Shown in pieces: positions 25,601 through 40,600 of a DNA stretch of 64,000 bases; within the stretch, counting starts at the first letter, position 1, and the number at the start of each line of letters is the position of its first letter. Origin of the DNA: Lytechinus pictus. Taxonomy: Eukaryota. The stretch spans positions 42,596,001 to 42,660,000 of the forward strand of contig NC_087245.1 in assembly GCF_037042905.1 (NCBI RefSeq), written 5' to 3'. The notes under the pieces are model-generated. The model searched no databases, was not told the origin of the DNA, and saw only the letters and a list, made by a program, of their open reading frames with translations. A program made the translations under genes and the position numbers.

Positions 25601-28600
25601 CATGACCAAGGTCAAAGGTCATTTAAGGTCAATGAACTTTGGCCAAGTTGGGGTTATTTGTTGAATTATCATCATAACTTTGAAAGTGTATTGGTATAGT
25701 TCATAAAACGTGGACATATGAGTAACCAAGTATCACTGAACATCTTGTGTGAGTTTCAGGTCACATGACCAAGGTCAAAGGTCATTTAAGGTCAATGAAC
25801 TTTGGCCAAGTTGGGGTTATTTGTTGAATTACCATCATAACTTTGAAAGTGTATTGGTATAGTTCATAAAACGTGGACATATGAGTAACCAAGTATCACT
25901 GAACATCTTGTGTGAGTTTCAGGTCACATGACCAAGGTCAAAGGTCAATGGACTTTGGCCATGTTGGGGGTATTTGTTGAATTACCATCATAACTCTGTA
26001 ACGAGTATTGGTCTAGTTCTTAAAACTTGGACATAAGAGTCATCAAGTATCACTGAACATCTCATGCGAGTTTCAGGTCACATGACCAAAGTCAAAGGTC
26101 ATTTAAGGTCATTGAACTTTGGCCATTTTAGAGGTAATTATTAAATTGCTGTCATAACTTTCAAAGTTTATAGATATATAGTGTATAAAATGTGGTTATA
26201 GGGGTAATCAAGTATTACTGACAAGTTTTAGGTCACATGATCAAGGTCAAATGTCAATGAACGTAGTATTGTATCATTATATGAATGGTGTTATTTGTTA
26301 ATAATTATTTTATAGTAGTTTTCAAAGTCAGCACTGCTGCTACATGTATATTGAATCGCGTGATGCAGGTGAGACCGCCAGAGGCATTCCACTTGTTCTT
26401 ATTTTCTGCACAGTAGTCTACCATTCAAAATTGCACCAAAACTATTAAATTGTTGATCAATTTTTCTTCTGTTTGTTTTGCATATCTCTCTTCTGTTGGA
26501 ATACCAAATTACAGGAAAGGCATAAGAGTAAGTACAATGTATAATGAATAACTAAATTAGATTTTATTTCTGGTACTGATACATGTATTAAAAAATGTGT
26601 ATTGTTTTTTTTTTTTAGTACTAGATAGTATGAATAAACTGTGCATCTTTAATGTAAAATTGTGGGGAAATTGTACTATCTTGTACATGTATCAATGCCC
26701 CTCAAGGTGTTCATTCTGCCCAATAACTTGAATTTGCTTCATGGACAAGATTTAAATCGTTTTAACTCCTAAATAGAAAGGGATGAATAAGTATACTGTA
26801 GTACATGCCTACATGTACCTGTAATTGCATGTTTAATTCTATTTTGATTCCACTCTATTGGAACGTTGTAAACTGAGATATCAATATCATGCATAGAGGA
26901 AGATAACAATATTTCAATAGGGCCTACATGTATATGTATGTTAGAAGTAATTGATTCATGAATATGTTTTATTTGCATGGCATAAAAATTACCTCCCATT
27001 TTAAGCTTAATATAAAAACATGTAAAAATTTAGAATATTTTGACTGTCAGATCTTAAGTTTAAAATTAAAAACAATTAAAACATTAAAACTCCCATATTT
27101 GTGAGAAAGGATGTTCCAGGAATGTTGTAGCTTTAGTCCTCCCTTCCCTCACTTCCTGTCTCTCTCCCTTTCTCATTTCAAATGATTGAATTAAATTAAA
27201 TTTATTTTTCTATCTCCACTTGTAGACATTTGCATTTGATCACTGCTTCTTCTCCATGGATGAAAAGAATAAGAAATTTGCAAGTGAGTATTAAAATACA
27301 TATTTTTGTATTTGGGATAGCTTGAAAGAAGGCAATCTAGCCCAATCTCTGAAACCTTTGTCCATATAAAGGCAGCATTGCATTCTAATTGTTAATGGTA
27401 CTTCAATCTTCATGGCTCAAATTAAAAAAGGTGGTTTTGAAGACCCACGGTTGAATCCATGGTTTATGCAGATTTCTTGTATAATTTACGCTTAATTTAC
27501 CGCGTATCGGGCGCGTGTATAAAAAATATCCAATGCTGTTGCGCGCTTTTGTCACAGTGCACCAAATTGATGCCTGTTACTATGGTTACATGTAGATGCT
27601 AATTTATTCATGAGTCCACTGTTTGAAGAGTGAACTCATTAATTCAAAATAGTGGACTCATGAATGAAATAGCGAACTTAACCATGGCAACAGACGTCAA
27701 AAGCGCTCATCAGCATTGGACATTTTTAATGAACACGGTAAAGCGTAATTTACATGTATACAGGAAATCTGCATAAAAACCATGGGATCAACCAAGGGTT
27801 TTAAAAACCACCTTTGTGAATTCGGGCTCATGAGTAGAGAGATAATGAGAAAAGGGAAGAAAACCTATGCAAATATTAAAAAACAAAACAAGAAGAGCAT
27901 ATATAATCTTTTATAAATACCTTGTCACAAGCGCTCATTTTAAATGTTAAAGCATCATTTTTCAAGTTCATAATTTGCCGGCCACTGGCTGCCTGTTAAT
28001 AATTGAATGCTGGATTCAGCCTCCATACATGAGGCTCAATGAGACAACGGTTGTGGCATTCATTTACATACTTTAAATATCTCCAGGATACTTTAAATAT
28101 CTCCAGGGTGGCATGCATGCATGTGATCGACCGTGTGGTGTGCCATACTATTTTTTGTTATCTTCGCATTATACTGAATGGTGTAGGGAGTTGTTTTCTC
28201 CATAGGTGGTTTCAGACAGCCTCGAAGTTCGTCAGTTCCAGGTATTCTCTGATCGGGAAATTTACCCCGATCAGAAAATACCAGGTATTTTGGTAATGTG
28301 AAATCAAACTACGCGTAATTTCCCCGAAAGAAAATACCCGCTAAATAGTAGATACTTGGCGAAATTACGAGAACTTTCGCGGGGATTTTTCCAAGGTCGC
28401 AGGTATTTTGGCAATGTGAAAGCAATTTACGGGAACTTTTAGCCCAGCGTGTCGTTGGGCGCGGGCGCCGTGGGTGGCTGCTGGGCTAGTGGTTTTGAAT
28501 CTCGCGCCTTGCCTGCTTATTAGACCATACTGCGCATGCTCCTAACTTCAGGAATTTATCCCGTAGGATATGTTTCGGGGCGGTGTGAATGCAGCAATAA

Positions 28601-31600
28601 TTAATGGGTATTTTTTATCCTAAAAATGTTCTCGTAATTTAACGGGGATTCTTGTGATCGAGGCGGTTTGAAACCACCTCATTTACACTGACCAATCATC
28701 CATTTGGATGTGTTACTTGAACAATTTTGTAGTCAGTTGGCTCGTATCCTTGACATTCAGCTGTATATCAATCAGACTCGAGTCCTTTTAAATGGTTGAA
28801 AGGACCTGCATTTTTATTGTAATTGAATGCAGTGAATGTTTATATTGCTTAATTCAACAGTTACATGTAGAAAATGGCTGGTCACAATACATACATGTAT
28901 ATACATGTACATTTAGTTATGGGTACAAGTGACTGAGTTTTCACAAGCAATGTGCCGTACTCCTAAGGTACCGGTAGGCCTATACATGTACCTCATTATA
29001 AAGAAAATTTGATAAATTCATGATCAAGTTTAGTAATCTCTACAGTACAAGAATTGATATCAATTTTGGAGGCCTCTTACTTCTGTACTTAATACAGCAG
29101 TTCGAATTTCAATTCATTCAAAATCATTCCATACCTGAGAGAGATGGGGTTGGGGGTGGAGAGTGGGGGAGAGGCTGGGGTGGGGGGAGGGGGAGGAGAT
29201 GTTGAATTCAAATACATGCGCCATCTATTATTATTACATTACATTCTGTATTTTGTACTGTTGGACTCCTGTCATTTACAAGCTTTTAAAAAAAAGCTTC
29301 CTACAGGTGTTCCATTTTCCATTATTTGTTTTTACTTATAATCTTAATTTGCTATGCTTTTGTGTATTTGATTTTTTTAAAATATATATACTACTTGTAC
29401 ATGTACGTACATGGTTCAGCTGTCTACGGTATATTGAATGTACTGTACATGTATATTTTGATGTTTTTTAATGGAAACAAAAACAAATTGAATTGAATTG
29501 AATATTGCACTTGGTGCATTGGCATTTATACTGAAGTGGAATATTTTTCCATTATGACATTGATTTCATTATGATTTCATGATTCATATTATTTCATGTT
29601 TAAAGTCTGTCCCAGCATTTTTTTCATATGTACATATAAAACTATGTATTTTAGGCTAATGTTATTAGAAATTTGATTGGTCTGCATTTTTGTACACATT
29701 CATACTGTTCATATAATATCCGTGCATGTACAATTGTACATGTATGTATTGTAGCCATAGGAAAAAAGGTCCCCTGTCCTGTGCATTTGAAAGTTCTGTT
29801 GCCCCATATTTCCTATTGATTGTGTACATGAATGAAGTGTTTTCGTAAGGCTTTTTCATACTGTACCATTTCAGACTTTGGTAACGTTCAAATTGGAATG
29901 GAATTATAGTTAGGGGGAAGAATATGCATATTAAAAGAAAAAAAAAACAAAACACATGTAGGCTACAGTGTAATGAAATCAACAGTTCTGTATGTACATG
30001 TACACATATCAACATGTACATTTGAAATTTAATTGACTGACTACCAGCAATTATCGATGTACTGTACATGGATGTGTGCTTTGGTCTCAGAATTAGTCAA
30101 TAAACATTCAGTATTCTACCCTATACTGTAGATTCATTTTCGTTTCCTTCTGCTTGGCAAAAATGATATCTCACCAGCTCCAAATACTTACTGCCAACAC
30201 ATGTTATTACAACAGCATGATCACTCTTTGAAGGGATAGTTATCCACAGTTGGAGACAAACAGCGATGCCAGAGCAAAGGGGGGAGGGGGATGGTGGGGA
30301 GAAGACAGTTAAATACATATACATGTACCGGTATATTAAAAAATGACAACTGAAGTACAGTATAGATTATAGAAGAGAGGGTCAGGGAAAGTATTGAGGC
30401 TGAAGAAGGGGGGGGGGGGGGCAACACAGAGAGAAATAGAGTCAGAGAGGGATAGAGGGAGAGGGAAAGTGTGGGGGGGGGGGGTTGAGATCAGGGGGCA
30501 GGTAGACAGTTACATACTGATAGAAATGTAATAAAGTGTAATGTAGTGGGGTGGATGGTGTGAAGTGATTCAGGTAGCAGAGAAAGCAGCTGGGCATTTT
30601 ATACAGTATGATATTAAAGAGTAAAAAATAAAGCCAGACATAAACAGTGCAATGTAGAATTACATGTACATGTGTATTGCATCAAGGATCCTCACTTTAA
30701 TCGAGAGAGGTCGGGGGGGGGGGGGAGCTGTTCAACAAACCAAGTGTACATCAGTAATCAGTGTGAAGAAATATTGATGAAGAATTGGAACAGTGATGTA
30801 CATGTAAATGAGGATTGCAGACAAATGAATAGAGAGATACATACATGTATGTATGTAAAACAAAGAGAGTCAAGAGGTGGGGGGGGGGGGGGGGATGGGG
30901 TGGCTGTTCAAACAAGCCATTACATCTTTTAGTGTGAAGAAGTACATGTATGTATTGATGGAGAATTGGAATGGTGAATGTGTAATGAGGATTGCAGGCA
31001 AAAAATTGGAACAGAGATGAAGGCTTCCTATTTAGGTTTAAAGGGATGGTCCGGGCTGAAAATATTTATATCTAAATAAATAAAGTAAAATTCACAGAGC
31101 AAAATGTAGAAAATTTCATCAAAATCGGATAACAAATAACGAAGTTATTGAATTTTAAAGTTTATCAATATTTTGTGAAAACACTTATATGCACATCATC
31201 ATGAATATTCATTAGGTGGGCCGATGATGTCACATCTCCATTTTCATAAAATCATAAAAGTTTCATTTCTTCATACATGTGTAAATGATGCGTCTACACT
31301 ATGATGAAATAAGTTGTGGCAATAAGTAACTAATGCACTTAATCAGTTGTCAATCCAATTGTTTTAGTTTTTGGTAGAAATTTTTTGAATAAACCTAATT
31401 TCATATAATAAAATACAAAAGAACAAGTGGGGATATGACATCTAATGAATATTCATAAAGACATGCCTAGAACCATTTCACCAGAATAATGCAAATCTTT
31501 AAAATTCAATAACTTTGTTATTTGTTATCCGATTTTGATCAAATTTTCAGCAATATGCTCTGTGAATTTTACTCTATTTATTGAGATATAAATATTTCCA

Positions 31601-34600
31601 GCCTGGACCATCCCTTTAATACAAAGGATACATTAGCAATAGAAAAGTCAAGGCCAAGCACTGAATACAACACCATGCACTTTCTAAAGTAGATGTTAAC
31701 ATAGCAACATACAGTTCATGTATCTTCCTAACTGAAAAAATATACTACATGTACATGTATGTACATGTATGTACATGTAGTATTACGTACATGTAGATGC
31801 TTTTTAAAAATTTGTTGGTTGACTTTACAATCGTTTGAATAAAAACAAATATACATATAATAGGGAAAATGCACTTTCTACAGTAGATGTTAACATATTC
31901 ATATAAATGTAACTCATGTACCCTACAGATAAAAAAGGAACAAGTTATATGTATATGAACATGTAAATGTATGCATTATACATTTGTTGGCTGACTTGAC
32001 CATCATTTGATTTGAACCCCCCCCCCCAAATAAATAACCAAGTGCATGGAGAGATATTGATAACATGTAGGGATATTTCAAATCTAATAAGAAATTAAAC
32101 TAATACAAACTTGCCGACCTTTGTTTGTTCGCTGATGATTGAAAGTTGCAATCTGAATTTTTGTTTGTTTTTATGAATAGGCCTGACCTTAAAGCATGGC
32201 GTAAACATAAAAATAAACCTACGGGGGAGGAGGAAACCCATGTCTGCAAGGTCTGTTTCCACAGGTCTCACATACATGTAGAAAATGAATTCATCTCAAG
32301 CGTACCCTGTTCTCATTATTCTTTCTAAAACTAGTTTACTGGAAACTGGTTCAGGAAACCATTTTGGAAGATCGCTTTGATATGGCATTCCCATTTGATC
32401 AGTTGTTTTCAAAACCACTTTACGTAAAGTGGTCTTGTCGCTATTGGAGTGCTACTCTCAGTAGGGGGACATGTTTCGCGCAAAATTTGAAACTGCAGCA
32501 TAGGCATTCTACACACAGTGCATGAAGTAGCGTTCCCAAAATTTGCAAAGATTGCTTCTGGAAGACCAGTTGTGTCCTGACTTTGCTAAAACTAGTTTAA
32601 CGAGGCAAAGCGGTCTTGAAATTTACATTGCAAGGTGGTTTTATGAAATGGTTTGAAAGGTATGGTTTGGAAGATCACTTCCAAGACAGCTTCGACTGTT
32701 TTCATATTTACACGTAACAAGTTTTTTCCAGTAAATAGTTTTAGGACGGTAATGAGAACGGGGTCTAATGCGTTTTGACCAGGCAAAGGGGTTCAGGTAC
32801 ATTGTACATGTAAGACCAGGGCATATAAAAAAAAGGCCTATGCCTTAAACTCTGGTGAAAAACTGTACAAAATTTTTGCCCACCCAAATACAAGGTCAAG
32901 CCTAAATGTGAGGACAAGGTTTCAATGGTAATTTGTCCAAATGTTTTTACTGTGAAAGGCTTGTCAGTTGTGTGGATAAATTTTGGCGGGCCAAAAGCTT
33001 GAGCTGAATGGGAAATGGGTATTGATGATTCCATGGAATGGAACCTTATCAGGAATAACTCCAGCTTAAGAATTTTCAGAGGTTGTTATAAAAATGAACC
33101 ATCTAATTCTGTGCTACGCTAACCATATCAGTAAAGCGAGGGCTTGTTCATGAAATGAGCCGCTTTTTAAAACCAATTGGCAAGCTAATTTGCCTGTTAG
33201 GATCCACTCAGACTATGACATTTTGAACTAATTGCCCATGCGTGCAGACTTACGTGTAATATGTTGCATTATTTGAATGGGGAGAAAGAGGACATCAAAC
33301 TCTTGACTGTTTATGCCTGTCCACAATATTCAATCAGCACTCATGATGCATGTACAGTATGCACTAACCAACATAAAGTATATAAGCTAGTATTTCCAGC
33401 AACCATAGATCAGATATGTACTGTATCACTTCCGATCGCAAATTCATGAACTCACAAAATTGTTGGGATCCCTGTGATTTGCGAAAATTCTGCATACAAA
33501 AACGAAAGCTCATTCAGGACAGTGGTGGATCCACTAAAAAAATTATGCACAATTTCTATATTATATAAAACAGGTTTAACTATCAGCCAACCAAATCAAA
33601 CAATTTCAGTCACTCTAAAAAAATATTGCATTTTTTTATCATAACAAGTGTAATTGGGCCCCAGATCTACCGAGTTTGGCTGCCTTTGATAATAAAATAA
33701 GATGTGTTTCATTGATTTGTAGCTGTATCACCCAGGTATGGGAACTACAGTTGATTGTTTTTTGTTTTTCATCACACACACAAGAAAATCCATGTTGTGA
33801 TCAAGTTGGCCAAATTCAGAGTGTAAGGTAAAATTTGGTGTGTTAAAACTGACTCCAATTGGTGTACCTAGAGACCAACACCCCTATTGGGTGTTCAAAT
33901 GACACCTTATAGAGATAGAGCATACATGTAACACCAAAGAGTGATAAAGCAACAACCAAAGGTGTTGTATAAAAGATGTTCATCCAACACCAACAATGTA
34001 ACACCAGATACATGTACATGTATATGTTATACATATACATGTATGTATTGTCATCAAGTCACCAATCAACATCACGGTTTTGCTGTGTGTTATTACTTTA
34101 AAGACATCCTTGGTCTGATGAAAACACTCCCTCTGTTTGCCACGAAGACAAGTTTGTCCAGATTGCTTCTGACATGGTTCAATCAGTATCAATACCATGC
34201 CTCCCAATATTGGCAAGAGACAAAAGACAAATATTTATGGTATTCGGAAATTTAGCCTTTGCAATATTGGAGATTTATGCTTCCCCAAAATTTGTACTGA
34301 TTTAAAAGCTGAAGTATGTTGATGGAGTTTGTAACAAATCATTGATTCTCAAATAATATCACATTATTTACAAATGCAATTTCATTGTGATATAGTGAGA
34401 GAAATATTGGATGGATCAAATATTTACCTAATTATGTTAATGTTTGTTCCATTGAATATACTGTATATTCTTGGTATTTATTGATAAGAAAAAAATCAAA
34501 ACAAAAAAAAATGGAGAGAGAGAGGAAAGGGCAGAGAAAAGGGGATAGAGTATGATGGAGAGAGAGAGGAAGCTGAGAAAGAAAAATCAACATAAAATAA

Positions 34601-37600
34601 GGGACAACATATACATTTAGTTTAATTGGATACCCCCCCAAAAAAAAATCAATATAAATTTAAACGCCATGCTTGCAATTTATTGTATCATCTTTACTCT
34701 AACAAATTTAATACGTCTAAATACTTTATGCAGGGCAATACAGGTAATAAAGAAAACGAGAATGCCAACAGAAAAAGACGTTTTCTTTGACAGCAAGGTT
34801 ATATTGGAAATACATAGTGGACTCCAAAGGAATTTTTCCTGCAATCATATGATGTGATGATTTTTCTTCTGCATGACCTTCCTGCTGCAATCACCAAAAT
34901 GAAATTCTGCAATCAATCAGAAAAGTGGGGAACTATTGATTTTCATTTTCACTATTTGTTTTATTGTGTATGCGCACATGCCAGTAGACACTGCCCATTT
35001 AGGTAAAAAAAGGAAAGATTGATTATTGAAATGCAATACTGGGAAAATCAGATTTTTAAAATTATCTAATAAAAAAATGCTAACTCTAGTCCTACATTGT
35101 GAGTATGATGTAGATTGTGTATCCACTTTAAAGAAATAATAATTATAATACAGTTCTTGTATAGCGCATGAATAATGTCTCTATGCGCTTCCAAAGGACT
35201 TGGATTTTATTACCCCAGCTGTAGAAAGTGAATGATGCTCAAGTCTACTCCTTTTGATTATTTTCTTTCCTTTGTACATGTATTTTGTATTGTATGAAAT
35301 TAAGGATGTTTTTGAGAGGGTTGGCTATTGAATATGTATTTAAAAAATCATTATCATTGCTGAAACTTATTTTGTTACAAGGAATTCAGGGAAGACACAT
35401 TTTATACATTACACAAGTACTGTATTAGAAAATAATATAAATTGCTGTTGATGAAGTTCATGCAATGAAATAAGAAAAAGGAGAGTGGGGACATCATCAG
35501 CCCACCTACATGTACAGTATTAAACAGGCCTGGTATTAAAAATAATAGTCAATCAATTTTTCTTCAAGAGATTCTGATAAAATTTGCTGCATGGAATATC
35601 CTTGTAAAGAAGGGTATCTCTTGTCCTCTGTTTCTCTTGATCCCTCTCCCCCATCTCTCTCCATTCCCAGGCCAGGACTTTCTTTTCATTCTCAGTTTCT
35701 CTCTCTCGCCCCTCTCTCTCTGTATTTTGAGTGATCCTATCCTTTATAATACTATGTACATGAATAATAATCTCCCTGTCTGTGACAACTTTTTGTTGGT
35801 AATGACTCATTATAATGATATTGTTATAAAAATCAGTAGTGAGTTCACATTTATTTCTGTAGTTATACAATCTAATTAGTCATCATTGTTCTAGGTCGAT
35901 GAATCATGATAAAAGGTGTTATTGTCAGAACAGTTCTACATTGAAAAGTGTATCAATGCCTCAAAACCACTATCATTGCTCTAGACCTATAAAATTGATT
36001 TTGTGTGGATTTTTCATGGTCACTTCATGCTGGCAGATTGCGTGCACTGTGCAGTGAGCAAATTGTGGTAGAGATAAAGCCAAATCTAAACTGTAGAGTA
36101 AGCAATGATTACCGGATTCCATGACGTTTGCTCTGGCGACAATTGCTCCGCTGTAAATTTCACACACTAAGCAATTGACTTTACTTTTAATAACCATGGA
36201 GCTATAAATATCTCCATGCTAAACCTAACCCTGTTAAAAGGCTATGTAACATAACACCATATTGCAACTCTAACGCTAACCCTACGTCTTGTGAAATAAA
36301 GCCCAGAGCAAAGAAAGAAAAATAAGACAACCGATGTCATTGCTGCAACTTATGTTATTGCTGCAACTTATGTTGTTACAAGGGAGAGATATGCATGCAT
36401 ACATAGATGTACAGGTACTGTACATGAATTTCATGTGATAAAATGAGAAAAATGGAAAGCGGGAGCTGATATATTCAGCCCCCCCCTTGTTACATAATAT
36501 ACATGTAGGCCTATAGTTTTTACAAAATATTTAAGAACTTTAAAATTCAATAGCTTCATAATTAAGATTTGATGAAATTTTCAGGGTTTAGAAACTGTAG
36601 CTACATGTACCGTTCTCATTACAATCATGAAAAATAGTTTACTGGAATCCAGTTCAGGAAACCAGTTTGGAAGATCCCATTTGATCACCCGAAAGTTGTT
36701 TTAAAAACCTCTTCACGACCGCCTCATGGAGAGCGATCTTGTTGCTATGGGTATGCTCTGCAGTTTCATGCGAAATTTGAAACTGCAGCGTAGGTATTCT
36801 ACACTCCACATGTGCGAAGATCGCTTCCCGAAGAACGGTTGTGTCCTCATGCTAAAACCAGTCTAACTAGGCAAAACGATCTTGTAATCTACATCGCGAG
36901 GTGGTTTTGTGAACTGGTTTGGAAGATCGCTTTCGAGACCGCTACTGGAAACACTGGTTGGAAACTAGTTTCCAGTATTAACTAGTTTTAGGTCGGTAAT
37001 GAGAACAGGGTCGTAGTCTGAAAAGCATGATTTCACCAAGCATGCAGTCATGTGAAGAGACAGTTTATAATGTTCTACAACTACCTTTACATCAGCTGGT
37101 AATGTCATTTGGGTGAATCTGCCATGGCACAGTCCTGAGCTCTGCTGCTTAGACTACAGTATGTTTTATGTGGGAGTAGTGTTATGAAGGAAGTTGATTG
37201 AGTGTGAGAAATGTCACTTATTTTCTACCAGCTTTTGATTGGCACAAACTGTCTGTGTGAATTTTGGGTCTCTGTGAAAGACGAGTTTACAATGCGGTAA
37301 AAGTCAAGGTTGATCTATAGGAATTCATGAATTTATTTTGTAGGCGAAGTCAATGTCCAAATCTGAGTTTCATACTGGCCTACATGTAGATGATTGTTTG
37401 CATATACTATAATAGGCCTCCAAGTAGGCCCTCATGTATGTTTTGTAGCCAATACGTGCTTTTTCCTGTAAAATTCAAGGAGAGGGCCTGTCTGAAATTG
37501 CTCTGAAACTGGACCTGGACCCTGGAAAAGGCCCCCCCCCAAAAAAAAAAAAAAATTAATTAAAAAAACAATTTCGGCTTCTACAAACTTCTGAGAAGCT

Positions 37601-40600
37601 TTAAAAGGCCCCCCCCCAAAAAATTGAATTAAAAAGATAATTTCGGCTCCTACAAACTTCTGATAAGCATCGAATAGGAATTTATGGCTTTTTGAAAAAA
37701 GAATCCAGGGCTCTTTTGAGCATTTTGAGTCACAATTGCCCTTAGCCCCTGTGTATTTTTTCTGTTCTATAATATATAAAGCTTTTAATTTTGTTTTAAT
37801 ATGTTTTATTCATTTTCAAAGGTTTACAAACATTGAATCAGTATACATGTACATGTAAAAAAAAAAAAAGCAGCAAAAATAAATAACAAAAAACAAAAAC
37901 AAAAAACAACAAACAAACGTAAAATACCGAAAACTGCAGCCTAAGATAGAGCTCTATTAATCATTACACGCAATTTATATGTGTACAATAAAATTATACA
38001 GTACATGTATATGAGAAAAACACGTTGAACACATGTTCTCAACTTTGATTGGACATATAATGTATATAATTCCATTTAAAAAAAACCCAAAACCCAAAGA
38101 AGAGACAATCATTTTTTAAAACATGCTCCCGTAAACATGATAAAGAAAATGTATACATATGTGTATGAAGAGGAAAATGTGCACATGATCAACATACAAA
38201 TAAAAAATTCTTTGGGCTGTAATATCATTTTGAAGCTGCATAAGATTGTAAACTATGGTAGAAAAAAAATGACATGATTGAAAGAAAAACAAACAAACAA
38301 TCAAGCAAAAGAGAAAAACAACAATTGCAAATATAACAAACAAGAGCTTTTAATTTGTGACTGCTGCATTGTATTTATATGCTACCTACTGTTGTCCCCC
38401 TGTATTTGATGCAGGAAAAAAATTGCCATAAACTACAAGTAGGATTCCTTATTTGATTAAAGTAGTTTTATGAATTGAGATTGCTGTGCTCTACATTATA
38501 CGTTCGCACTCACGATTAAATAACTTTTATATTTCAGAATTGAAGACCACATGAGTACTGCTCTGTGCATGTGCTGTAAAGAGAATAGCCACGTTCTCAC
38601 TGCATAATGCACTATGTCATTGTGGTTAAAACAGGCCCTGACATGCACAGAATTATTTTATTTGCCTGAATTTCTCATGTCCTTGTAAAACAGACTTAAT
38701 TTCACATGGACTTGCCGGTTTTTGTCTCGCCTGCATAGCAGAGCAAGACTATAGGCGCAGCTTTTCCGACGGCGATTGCGGCGGCGACGGCGTCGTCAAC
38801 ATTGAAATCTTAACCAAGGTCAAGTTTTTGAAATGTTATCATAACTTAGAAAGTGTATGGACCTAGGTTATGAAACTTGGACATAGGGTAATCAAGTATT
38901 ACTGAACATCCTGCCTGAGTTTCAGGTCGCATGATTAAGGCCAAAGGTCATTTAGGGTCAATGAACTTAGACCATGTTGGGGCAATCAATATCGAAATCT
39001 TAACCAAGGTTAAGTTTATGAGATGTCATCATAACTCAAAAAAGTATGGACATGGTTCATGAAACTTGGACATAAGGGTAATAATGTATCACTGAAGATC
39101 CTGCGTGAGTTTCAAGTCGCATGACCAAGGCCAAAGGTCATAGGGTCAATGAACTTTCATGTTGGGGGAACCAATATCAAAATCTTATTTAAAACCAAGG
39201 TTAAGTTTTTGAGATGTCATCATAACTTAGAAAGTATGGACATAGTTCATGAAACTTGGACATGATAAAGGGTAATACACTGTAGTGTATCACTGAAGAT
39301 CCTGCCTGAGTTTCAGGTCACTTGACCAAGGTCAAACCTCACTTTAATAGGGTCAACGAACTTTGACCATGTTGGGGTTATTTGTGGTATTGTCATCATA
39401 ACTTTGACATTTTATGGATCTAGTTCATGAAACTTAGACATAAGGGCAAAAAGTATCCCTGAACATCCTGTGAGAGTTTCAGGTCACATGACCTACATGT
39501 AGGTCAAAGTTCATTTAGGGTCAACAAACTTAGATAATGTTCTAGGGATATTTGTGGAATTGTCATCATAACTTTAAAGTTTATAGATCTAGTTCATGAA
39601 ACTTGGGACATAAGAGTAACCATGTATCCCTGAATATCTTGTGCTTGTTTCTGGTCACATGACCAAAATCAAAGGTCATTTAGGGTCAATGAACTTTGGC
39701 CGTGTTGGGGGTATTTGTTGAATTGACATCATACCTTAGAAAGTTTATGGATCTACATGTACACATGATGTTCATGAAACAAAGACATAAGCGTAATCAA
39801 GTATGAATGATTGTTTTGCACGTCTTAGGTCACATGATCATGGTCAAAGGTCATGTTGGGTCAATGGACATAGTATATTATTATCATATGAGTGTTTTCT
39901 TTTGTGAATAAAGCTCTGTTTTCAAAGCCAGCACTGCTGCTACATATATGTATCGGATCGCGTAGTGCAGGCGAGACTGCCAGAGGCGTTCCACTCGTTT
40001 TATTAAAGTGTACATGTAACGTTGGAGAGTTCAATGTCAATTCCAGTATTAATTCAATGCCATTGAAGCAAGGCATATTATTACAGTACCGGTAATCTAG
40101 AATACTACAAGTGTACACTGTTTATTATTATCAAAGGATAAAACTTTTATGTTTAAGCATGCTGACCTACATAACGATCCACAACAATTGTGAATACCTG
40201 CTGTAGGCTTGAAAATGTAATACCAAGTTTAATAGCAGTTTAACCCCCCCCCCCCTAAAAAAAGATGAAAAGATTGAAAAAATTAGTATTTTTATATAAG
40301 AATTAATCCTTTATGAAAAAAATGAAAATCATGATTCCTGATGTGTACATGTAACTGAAAGAATACCTTGAAAATAAACAACAAGAACAAGGATTCTTAT
40401 GGGGGGTCTATAGGGCGTACATGTCTGTTGATCTCTGTAGGCCTACTAGTTTCATAATGGACACCAAATTACTCATACATAAGATTTATACCAGCATCTG
40501 TAAAAAAATAGTATGATAATCAAGTCCAGCTCTAGTCTTCCAAACTCTGCATTGTAAATCAACGCATCTCCTGATGCCAAGTTGCCATGGCAACCTTTTT

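Noticed and set aside
25061..26395. CRISPR-like or coding repeat array
   Set aside because: Eukaryotic intron; units are fully homologous with no unique spacers and no ORF.
31038..31619. piggyBac assignment for TTAA-flanked MITEs
   Set aside because: Termini read AGG...CCT (purine start), fitting Kolobok rather than the CCY...RGG ends of piggyBac.
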